64,000 bases of DNA from Epithemia pelagica (Eukaryota > Protista > Bacillariophyta): NCBI GenBank assembly GCA_946965045.2, contig OX337240.1, forward strand, positions 310,001 through 374,000, read 5' to 3'. Both the position numbers and the translations under genes were made by a program. The notes beneath the pieces were generated by a model that was not told where the DNA came from, did not search any database, and was given only the letters and a program-made list of their open reading frames with translations. Numbering within the stretch: the stretch's first letter is position 1; the number at the start of each line of letters is the position of its first letter. This document shows, one piece after another, positions 23,726 through 33,937 of this stretch.

Positions 23726-26700
23726 TTACGCAAGCGTTGTCAAAAATGGATGAATCCATTGCTCATTACCATTATAAACCCGCGTGTTTGCGAGACCCGC
23801 GGTTTTGAGATCGGAGATGAATTTGTCAAAAGATGCTTGTACGGTTGCCTCTCTCATGCTACCAGATGTGTCAAGAAAGAGACCGATGCCACTAATAGAA
23901 GCCGGATTGAAACGATCCAACCCACAGATATTAAACCAGTCCGAGACCAGACTGGTCCTTCCACCGTCCCTGTTGACGAGCGACACTCTAGTTCGATCAA
24001 TTCCATCAGGATTGTTGACTGCATCCTCGTCAAAGCCAGTTGGACTTTTCGTGTCAAAGGAGCAATGGCGTAGCAGCAGAAGATGATGAGAGAAACCGCT
24101 GAGGCGATTCAACAGACGAGTCCAAATGGAATACTTACAGACGCTCAACTCTGTCTAGAGGAACCAGCAAGCAGAAAGGGCGCTGAGGGAACCTAGCCCG
24201 GAACTTTGACCATACATTGGAGTAGTCACGGTTATCCCATTCATCTATAACAGCGACACAAGGAACAACATTGTCCGTGACCTGACACAAACCGGTAAAG
24301 GCGTCACAGGATTGTCCACCAGGACACTGAACGGGCTCGCGTTGGCAAGTGTCGGTGACCACATCACACACATGATTGGTGCACAGATCATCGTCATCTA
24401 CTGGGCAAGGCCCTCCACATGGATCTATTGGAGATAAGGTTGGCATTGCAGTCGGCCCCGATGTTGGTAACGATGTGGGCGGGGATGTTGTGGGAGAATC
24501 CGTAGGATTGTCGGTCGGCTCACTGGTTGGGCTCGACGTCACTGGTGCTTTGGTTGGCATGTCTGTGGGAGACTGTGTAGGACGTTCTGTCGGACCTGCT
24601 GTTGGTGATGATGTTGTTGGGGAAACTGTGGGCATATCCGTCGGCTCACCGGTTGGGCTCGACGTCACGGGTGCTTTGGTAGGCATGTCTGTGGGAGACT
24701 GTGTAGGACGTTCTGTCGGACCTGCTGTTGGTGATGATGTTGTTGGGGAAACTGTGGGCATATCCGTCGGCTCACTGGTTGGGCTCGACGTCACGGGTGC
24801 TTTGGTTGGCATGTCTGTGGGAGACTGTGTAGGACGTTCTGTCGGACCCGCTGTTGGTGATGATGTTGTGGGGGAAACTGTGGGCATATCCGTTGGTACG
24901 CTGGTTGGGCTCGACGTCACTGGTGCTTTGGTTGGCATGTCTGTGGGAGATTCTGTAGGCCGTTGGGTCGGACCAGCTGTTGGTGATGATGTTGTGGGGG
25001 AAACTGTGGGCATATCCGTTGGTGCACTGGTTGGGCTCGACGTCACGGGTGCTTTGGTTGGCATGTCTGTGGGAGATTCTGTAGGCAGTTCAGTCGGACC
25101 CACTGTGGGACTAGAAGTGGGATTTCGTGTTGGTTGGGACGAGGAGGGACTAGTTGTGGGTTGTGCAGTATCCATCGGAGACAACGTTGGCAACGATGTT
25201 GGACTTGATGTTGGTGCTTCATTCGGTACAGAAGTTGGACCACCTGTCGGTTCCGGAGTGTCCATCGGAGACAACGTTGGTAATGATGTTGGCTCTGAAG
25301 TCGGCGTGTCTGTTGGTGGAGATGTGGGACCGCTGGTTGGCAACGACGTGTCGAGGGGCGACAGAGTCGGTACCGAGGTAGGACCCACCGTTGGTACTCG
25401 AGTATCCATTGGCAGCATGCTAGGTACAGAGGTGGGCTGACCCTCAGGAGAATCTGTGGGTGCAACTGTTGGAGTTTGCGCAGGTGATTGATTCGGTTCC
25501 ACTGTTGGACTACTGGTCGGCGAGTCTGTATCAACGACGGAAAGGGCTGGTGAAGTTGGAAGCATGGTTGGAGTTTTTGTAGGTTCGTCTGTAGGCGATG
25601 ATGTATCTATAGGAAGACGAGTCGGTGGGGACGTGTCAGCAAATATATCACTGACGGTGGGGAGAAGTGCGGGGGATTCTGTCGGCGATGGAGTGTCCCT
25701 TCGAGACAGTGTAGGCACAGCGGTCGGAGAAGAAGTAGGATCTTCCGATGGTTCCAATGTGGGGCTGTTTGTTGGTGCTGGGGTATCCATTGGCGACAAA
25801 GTCGGCAAAGAAGTTGGTTCCCCAGTAGGAGCTTCCGTTGGTTCCAAAGTAGGGCCGTTTGTTGGTGCTGGAGTATCCATGGGCGACAAAGTCGGCAAAG
25901 AAGTTGGTTCCCCAGAAGGAGCTTCCGTTGGTTCCAAAGTAGGGCCGTTTGTTGGTGCTGGAGTATCCATGGGCAACAAAGTCGGCAAAGAAGTTGGTTC
26001 CCCAGTAGGAGCTTCCGTTGGTTCCAAAGTAGGGCCGTTTGTTGGTGCTGGGGTGTCCATGGGCGACAAAGTCGGCAAAGAAGTTGGTTCCCCAGTAGGA
26101 GCTTCCGTTGGTTCCAAAGTAGGGCCGTTTGTTGGTGCTGGGGTGTCCATGGGCGACAAAGTCGGCAAGGAAGTTGGTTCGACAGTAGGAGCTTCCGTTG
26201 GTTCCAAAGTAGGGCTGTTTGTTGGTGCTGGGGTGTCCATGGGCGACAAAGTCGGCAAAATAGTTGGTTCGACAGTAGGAGCTTCCGTTGGTTCCAAAGT
26301 AGGGCCGTTTGTTGGTGCTGGGGTATCGATGGGCGACAAAGTCGGCAAAGAAGTTGGTTCGACAGTAGGAGCTTCCGTTGGTTCCAAAGTAGGGCCGTTT
26401 GTTGGTGCTGGGGTATCGATGGGTGACAAAGTCGGCAAAGAAGTTGGTCCCACAGAAGGACTGAGCGTTTGCTCAACCATTGGACCTTCTGTCGGGGCTG
26501 GAGTATCAAAGGGTGCCATGGTTGGTTCTATTCTGGGTGACAGAGTAGGCCCTTCTGTGGTGATAGTCTCGGGAGTAGCACGCTCTGTGGGAGACACTGT
26601 GGGCAAGGAGGTGCTTGGTTCGGCCGTTGTTGGAGATTGTGTTGGATCCGGAGGAATCAAAAACAAGTCTTCTTTTTCTACTACTACTTCTCCTTTCGAG

Positions 26701-28151
26701 GGTGATACTGTGGGTGATTCTGATGGCAGTAGTGTCGAGGGTTCGTTGGTGGATGGTTCCATGGTAGATGGTGTTTTGGTAGGAATCCCTGTGGGCGTTT
26801 GTGTGGATGGTTCCATAGAGGATGGTTGCTCTGTGCGACCTTCCATGGTGGAGGGTTCCATGGTGGAGGGTTCCATTGTTGGCTCTACTGTTGGTTCCAC
26901 TGTTGGTTCTATTGTTGGCTCTAATGTTGGTTCCAAGGTGGTTGGTCCCATTGTTGGCTCCATTGTCGGTCCCATTGTCGGTCCCATTGTCGGTCCCATT
27001 GTCGGTGCCGCTGTAGTCTCGACAGTTGGTTCTATGGCTGTCGGCTCGACAGTTGGTTGCATGGTGGCCTCCTCGTCGTTGGGTAAATTTTCCAGCATGG
27101 ACGGGATGTTGGAGGACCAGGGCAGTGACAGGGACGGTCCAAACGTGGGGCTTGTTGTTGGAACATTGGTAGTTGGAAACAGGGTACTTGGGAAGGGAGG
27201 AGGGTCAGCTTCAAACAAGTCTTGAGTAGTCCCAGGAGTGTCCACAACGACTTGTTTTTGTTGTTGCGTAGGCACCATGCTAGGTGCTGAGCTCGACAAT
27301 AATACATCCTCGACCACGGCGGCCGCGGCAGCAATCATTTCTTGTTGTTCTTCCGGCGTGGTTATATTGGCGGGGACAATGGCGGGAAGCAATTCATCAA
27401 TCGTCAAGGGTCCCACCCCCGTGACACTGGTGACAGTCACCATACTCAAAAACAAGAGTAACAAGACAATCAAGAGCCAAATGGATTTTTCGGCGAGCAC
27501 GATCCACCAGTTTTGGGAATTGGATTGCGAGGTCAAGAGCGCTTGGCCAACGCCAGTGGAGGGATTGAGCTTGACCGATCCCGTTCCTGAAGCACCAACG
27601 CCGGATGCGGCTGATGGAGGAGACAAGATTGCTTGGCTCAAGGCCTGGTTAATGATGCGACCATGTTGTAATTTAAAGTTTCTGAGTGCTTGTTGATAAG
27701 AAGGAGGGAGGTCGGCAAGTGCTTGTTGATAAGAAGGAGGGAGGTTGGCAAGTGGTGGATTGGTCAGAGTTGGAGGGGTAGCACTGGTAGCATTGGTAGG
27801 ACTGTTAGTGTTGGTATTGTTCAGATTGTTGTCCAAATTACTGTCCAAATTGCTGTCCAAATTGATATCAAGATCATTGTTGTTCATGTCGTCACGATCA
27901 AGAAAAGGATCCTCGTCGTGTTCTTGTTCTTCCGTTTGTTGTTGTTCGTTTTGTTCACGATCTTGCGGATCATCATGATCGCTTTCGTCGCGATTGTCAC
28001 GATCCTTCGAGTTGTTGTCCATGTCGTCGTCACTTGCTTTTGATGTTGTATTATTGAAATCCTGTGGTTGTGAATCATCTTGGTCCATTGTGTTGCTGGT
28101 ATTATTGGAAAAGAATTGGTCGGCAAATTTGGATCGACTGGTCGACGTCAT
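23726..28151 (-). CDS. Type II membrane mucin-like protein with Cys-rich segment and vWA-like C-terminal domain (1443 aa spliced)
   Basis: Exons 28151..24139 and 24044..23726; the 94-nt intron GTAAGT..AG keeps phase. Acidic N-terminus, LPPSY twice, TM IWLLIVLLLLFLSMVTV, ~1000-aa PT stalk, PCVAVIDE and MIDAS-like LFLDTSGSM. Confidence 0.85.
24535..25090 (-). repeat. Coding tandem repeat, 126 nt (42 aa), ~5 copies
   Basis: gacgtc anchor at 24535, 24661, 24787, 24913 and 25039. Confidence 0.95.
25756..26450 (-). repeat. Coding tandem repeat, 90 nt (30 aa), ~8 copies
   Basis: gtcggcaa anchor at 25801, 25891 ... 26431; peptide TLSPMDTPAPTNGPTLEPTEAPTGEPTSLP. Confidence 0.95.
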
Positions 28152-28266
28152 GATGATGATGATGATAAGGATTTCAACCTAATCTTTTTGGGAAGAAGAA
28201 AACGCAACAAGTACAAAATGCCTGTCCAGACTGTGCTTGGTTCGCTTCGCTTCCACTTGTTGTGTT

Positions 28267-28325
28267 GTTGGTGTTGGTGTTGGTGTTGGTGTTGGTGTTG
28301 GTGTTGGTGTTGGTGTTGGTGTTGG

Positions 28326-28370
<45 letters not shown>
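28267..28370. repeat. Compound microsatellite (TTGGTG)n(CTG)n upstream of the mucin-vWA gene
   Basis: Seen directly. Confidence 0.95.
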
Positions 28371-29045
28371 ATGCGTGTCAATCGGTGAGAGTGGTAACAC
28401 CTCAACACATTCAAAAACGGGGACAATAACGAATTAGGCAACCATCGCACACAATGTATAGCCCATCCTTTTTTGAATATATACACTCCTACGAACCTAT
28501 TCGTAGCATTCTCGCCTTACAGGTTTGGCGCATGGTCACTACGAGCTCCGTTGGCAGTTGCCCGTGCTTCACCTCGGTGAAACTTCCGGCCCTACGAGAT
28601 TCACTTCACTATCCATTTTCCTTAAGTAAAATGAATTGCCCCACAGCGACAAGATGTTCTCGTATGAGTACTCGTACGAGTACGAGTATTAATTTGTATT
28701 TCCGAATGTTATTGTCACCCCTGCCTCATTTATGCCTGAGATTGGTTGGGAGATGACAATATTCAAAGCCCCATGCAAATACTAATCGTTTTTTGACATC
28801 GCATACGAAAGGACCATAAAGATGTTGATGAGGGCGATTCAAAGGATATTCCTCCGACAACAAAATCAGTCGCAGAACGAAGAACGAAGCCTACGAGAGC
28901 GATCGAATCCAGAATATATCCAAACCAGGGAGAAAAACCAAACCTTTGACAATGATAAAAAGCATTCAAGGTACCCTGATACATGGCGATGGCGGCGGCT
29001 TCTGCAGCAGCAACAACCACCTGGATGGCTGCTTGTATGTTTCAC

Positions 29046-29655
29046 GGATTTTTCGGCGAGCACGATCCACCAGTTTTGGGAGTTGGATTGCGAGGTCAAG
29101 AGCGCTTGACCAACGCCACTGGAGGGATTAAGCTTGACCGATCCCGTTCCAGAAGCACCAAGTCCGGATGCACCTGATGGAGGAGACAAGATTGCTTGAC
29201 TCAAGGCCTGGTTAATGATGCGGCCATGTTGTAATTTAAAGTTATTGAGTGCTTGTTGATAAGAAGGAGGGAGGTTGGCAAGTGGTGGGTTGGTCGGAGC
29301 TGGAGGGGTAGAGCTGGTAGTTGGTAGGACTGTTAGTATTTGTATTGTTCAGATTGTTGTCCAAATTGTTGTCCAGATCATTGTTGTTCATGTCGTCACG
29401 ATCAAGAGAAGGATCCTCGTCGTGTTCTTGTTTTTCCGTTTGTTGTCTTTCGTTTTGTTCACGATCTTGCGAATCATCATGATCCCCTTCGTCGCGATTG
29501 TCACGATCCTTCGAGTTGTTGTCCATGTCGTCGTCACTTGCTCTTGATGTTATATTGTTGAAATCCTGTGGTTGTGAATCATTTTGGTCCATTGTGTTGT
29601 TGGTATTATTCGAAAAGAATTGGTCGGCGAATTTGGATCGACTGGTCGACGTCAT
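29046..29655 (-). pseudogene. Truncated third copy of the mucin family (N-terminus only)
   Basis: Starts MTSTSRSKFADQFFSNNT, as at 28151. A 2-nt deletion follows SPTN. Homology stops at WWIVLAEKS, just before the TM helix. Confidence 0.85.
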
Positions 29656-30892
29656 GGTGGTGATGATGATGATGATTCCAACCCAATAATCGAAGAAAAA
29701 GCAACCAGTGATGTATGTTGGGCCTCTGCAAAATGCCTGTCCAGACTGTGGTTGGTTCGCTTCGCTTCGACTTGTTGTGTTGTTGTTGCTCTTGCTGTTG
29801 TTGCTCTTGCATGCGTGTTAATGGTGGAGAGTGGTACTACCTCAACATTCCAAAACGGGGACAATAACGAATTATAGGCAACCATCGCACACAATATCAT
29901 CTATAGCCCATCCTTTCGAATATACGAACCTATTCGTTGATCGACAGCGTTCCGATTTACGATTGTGTGAGGCCATCCTTTGGTTTTGCGCACGGTTTCC
30001 CCCAAGGAGACAATGAATATTTCCGTTGTTCTTGTCATCCATCCCCATTTATGCCTAAAATTGGTTGGGACATGACTTTGTCCAAAGCCCCTTCCAAATA
30101 TTCCCGATTTTTAGTCGTCATACGAGTACGAGAGGACATACAGATGTTGATGAGGGCTATTCAACAAATTATGTCACTCCTCCGAGAAAATTCAGTCGCA
30201 GAACGAAGCCTCGAGACAAAAGAGTAAACACACCATGACAACAACCGTCTTGCCTGGCAACGGCGGCGGCAGCAGCAGCAAGAACAACCAACTTGATGAC
30301 TGGTTGTAGTTTTCACAAACGATTTTGAGGGGTCCGACAGCGCAGGAGATGGAAAGGCTGCTAGCTTGCGTAAACTGGAACAACAATAAACGACAGCTCT
30401 ACGAAAGGTTGCATACATAAATGTCTCACGGGTCGGAACAACAAAGTAAGACAGCTCTATGAAAGGTTGCAACCATGAGAATCTCTTACAAGTGTGAGCC
30501 GTGTCCGAAACCAAACGTAGTTTGCTATACGGTATAGTACTTGTCGTTGGTTCCTTGTGCTGCTCTCCGCTGCCGGAGCATCCTCCTCTCTAGATTGGTT
30601 CAGGGACATTACAAATTCCGCAACTCAATAATACTACCTCCATGGGACTCGCGTCGGGAGGATTGCGTCGATAGTCATCCGTCACTCGCACGGTTCTGTC
30701 CAGATTTGGATACCAATCAAACTCTTCCACGTTCCACTACGACGGCCCAGAGATGACTCTTCCATCTGCAAAGGATCCACACCAGAAAATTGAATCGTGG
30801 CTCTTGTTTGGATTGCTAGTGTCTGTGCTCCATGATGAAGCAAGTTGTGTTCACCATGGCTCGAGTCCTGGCATTGGTGGTTTGTCCCCATT

Positions 30893-31836
30893 TTATTTCG
30901 GCACGTAGCAATAGACAATAGGAGGACCCACAACGTGTGCTGGTTCCAATACTAATACATTGTTGGTGTTCCACAACACGGGGGCGGCTGGTGGTAGAGG
31001 AGGATACGGTCCGGTCGTTCTATGCAATGCACCAAGAGACGACACCAAACTTGTAGTATGGCCGTCTCCCAGAATCATGGGATACGAATCCTGCGGCGGT
31101 GATGCCGGAAGGTCGATCCACACACTGTCTGGATGATACAAGGGCGATGACGACGTCGACGTCGATACTGCGGCATTCGTCCTCGTTGCCGTACGAGGGG
31201 GAGGAGGAGAAGGAGAGATTGGGGCCGCTGCGGACATGCGCGCGCAAGAATTTGGTATGAGAAGCGGACATGATTATACTGAATCCAAGTTTGGAAAATA
31301 ATGCACTTACCATGTTTCGTAGTATTTATGGATTCCCATTGCATTTGCCGAGCCGCGATCGCCGAGGAGAGTTGGTGTGCGAATCTTCGTTTGCTCTTGG
31401 CCAAATTGCTCGACCTGTACTTTTCATGGAGGGCATCGCGAAAGCCTTGAGAGGTTTTTTCACGGGCCAACAAGTCTTCCACTATATACCATTGTCCCTT
31501 GTCATCTTGTTTGACAAAATGTCGCACTTGTTTCATGACCTTTCCAATGATTGTGGACTTTTCCACCTTGGTGACTGCCGATCGATAGACACTCAGGAAG
31601 CACTGGACCAGTTGTTGAAACCAAATATTGCCAATGTGACCACTGCATTTCTTGCCTCGTCCACAAATGACATCCACAGAGGATGGAACAAAATCCATTG
31701 GTAAGGCGCATCGCAGGTGATGACGGCTCGATTTGCTCGTACTCGACGTGAGTTGCATCCTTGGGGTCTTGATGGAATCGGCTTGGTGGTTGGGAACAGG
31801 AGGAGGATCCACATTCGCCATGATTGGTTCTGACAT
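30893..31836 (-). CDS. DUF6824-type domain protein (diatom-expanded family), 286 aa spliced
   Basis: DVICGRGK..SGHIGN.WF..LV...Y....K.EKS.II...VR.FVK.D..GQW..V.D..AREKTSQGFRD. The intron 31228..31310 (GTAAGT..CAG) keeps phase. Confidence 0.85.
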
Positions 31837-32021
31837 TTGTCTCTGCTTCTTCTCTTTTGATGCAGTCGCCGCCTTTTAGAAATTGATTACAATCTTGGTA
31901 TGCGGAGCAGGTCTCCTTATTGTTGCGGTAAAGAATGGACGGTTGCAGTTGCACCAATTTTCAATGAATTTGTCAGCGGACAAAAACGCATAAAGGTTCT
32001 GTTTTACTACCTAGTCTTGTA

Positions 32022-32597
32022 AGGGTAGGCTCAGTACAAAAGCTACGTAGAGTACATAAAATCAGATAGTACACGTCACGCCGGAAATGGTCGGAATTTC
32101 AAAAAAATGCAAAAACGCTCGACAATGATGGCGAGATCCGGTGACGCCGTATGCATTCACCCATGCATCGCATAAACATCCAACCACCGTAAGTCCTTTG
32201 CCTTTACCTTTGAAATTGTTGTCTGAAATTACAGAAGATTTGCCAAGTTGGCTGAAAAGGTACGCTCATTTTTCTGCAGTGATGAAATCGAACGACCGCC
32301 CTAACTCATTCATTTTTCAAGGGTGCCTGAATCAAAGTGAAAGCAAAGTTGCTCTAGTAGTAAAGATTCTTATTGTAAAGGTGATTCAGGCAGGCTCAAT
32401 TGTTCAGGAAGTTATTGCCATGGGGGTGATGACTTCCATCATTGTCGAGCGATTTGCATTGTTTCTCGTGGCAGCAAGTTTTCAGTTTGCGACTCGGTGT
32501 GACCATCCGCCCCACTTCTTACACAGACGAAAATAGTACTACGTAGGTTAATGTACTGAGCCTACTTAGCCGAACATGGATCGGCTTACCCAGCCCT
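32022..32597. mobile_element. MITE, family 1 (inverted relative of 48067..48671); left TIR has a 29-bp deletion
   Basis: Right end ...TAGCCGAACATGGATCGGCTTACCCAGCCCT. TA on both sides. The internal sequence is a diverged reverse complement of 48067..48671. Confidence 0.85.
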
Positions 32598-32998
32598 TAT
32601 GGAAGTGGTCCATGACAAATTCATTGGAAAGGGCTTTGGCAATACGCTGGCAAAGAGAGAGGGTCCGTTAGAGGAAATTTTTGGGTCTTACACTTAACAA
32701 GATTGGTCCGACTGTTTGAGCCATAGTAAATTGGAGGTTTCTGTGTGACAACGGTGAAAAGTGAGTGTCGACAGGCGCGCACTATATGCAGCTTCTGCTC
32801 GTATTGGACACCCTTTTGTGAGAATTGGAGTCGCAGGTCCATTCCAGTCACGAGTGGCAATGGTACCTGTCGCGTTGCGGTCGCATATAACCGGGATGTG
32901 TACCCGCGCGTGAATCACAAGTACGACTGGCTTACAAGATAGAGGACAATCTTGGAAACCTATGTATGTGTTCGTGCTCTGTCCCTTGACGGCCATGA

Positions 32999-33440
32999 GG
33001 CCGACCCTTAAGCCTCTACGAAACGAAAGTTGAGAGCTGACATTTCGTTTTGGCGGGATTTTGCTTCCTTACGCGTCTGCGAAACGAAAACTAGAACCGC
33101 GCCTTTTCCCCCATTCATCCCCCATTCCCCCCCCATTTTCACTTCAATAAATTGAATACTAAAATAATTCTCATAGAATTGTGACGTACACAGGACGCAC
33201 CGACCGTTGGAGCTGAACGCCAGTCGATCAATACTCTTGAGCGTTATGAACAACTTCACATTCATACATTGTCTAAACGCTTTGCACATCTGAAACGCCT
33301 TCTACTTTCGTTGGCCTACGAAAGTTGGCGCCAACTTTCGTAGCCCCGAAAGCTGAAAAGCAAGAATACCCGGATATAAGAGGTAAAATGATGACGTGTC
33401 AGCTCTCAACTTTCGTTTCGTAGAGGCTTAAGGGTCAGCC
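32999..33440. mobile_element. MITE, family 2 (PIF/Harbinger-Tourist-like)
   Basis: 44-bp TIRs with 1 mismatch (GGCYGACCCTTAAGCCTCTACGAAACGAAAGTTGAGAGCTGACA), 3-bp direct repeat TGA on both flanks, non-coding, 442 bp. Confidence 0.9.
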
Positions 33441-33831
33441 TGAAACCCCCATCGTTTGTTTGTCGGGAAAATCCTATACTATAATAGGTGTATCATGCTC
33501 TAAAGAGAATTGGCCTCACCACGCGGGACGGTTGCCATGCTATCGTGCCCTTTTCCTTACCTTATTCTTGCTGTTGTCGTGGATCATCCTTATGTACTCT
33601 TGGAAGTTGCAACAATAGCTCTCAAGACGAAACCAAGCGAAACGGCAGCACGTATTCAATGCCTCATAAGAAAAAGGGAGGATTTGTCGATTTCACAATA
33701 CAAGGACGGTAGATCGAGAGCTTGGCACAATCACGGAGGAGTCATCCCTATGATCCATTTCAAACACTTCTTGGTTCTACCAAGTTGCCATCCTTTGCAT
33801 CCTCTTTCCGTTCTCATCATGACAATGACGA

Positions 33832-33832
<1 letters not shown>

Positions 33833-33895
<63 letters not shown>
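33833..33895 (+). repeat. (AAC)n microsatellite just upstream of the first in-frame ATG at 33938
   Basis: Seen directly. Confidence 0.95.
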
Positions 33896-33896
<1 letters not shown>

Positions 33897-33937
33897 CTCC
33901 GAATCATCGTCGTCGAAATCATCGCAACAACAGGCCC

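Noticed and set aside
24535-26450. Regular 90- and 126-nt arrays as a CRISPR-like array
   Set aside because: Units are multiples of 3, lie inside an ORF, and have no unique spacers or cas genes; the context is eukaryotic.
20485-27225. Long Val/Gly-rich + strand ORFs (20485..21390, 24376..25440, 25564..27225)
   Set aside because: Antisense shadows of the PT-repeat mucin genes; the low-complexity repeats lack stops on that strand.
32141-32536. 131-aa ORF inside the MITE as a possible transposase fragment
   Set aside because: No DDE or HTH motif, and the frame is broken early in the second copy (48338..48523).
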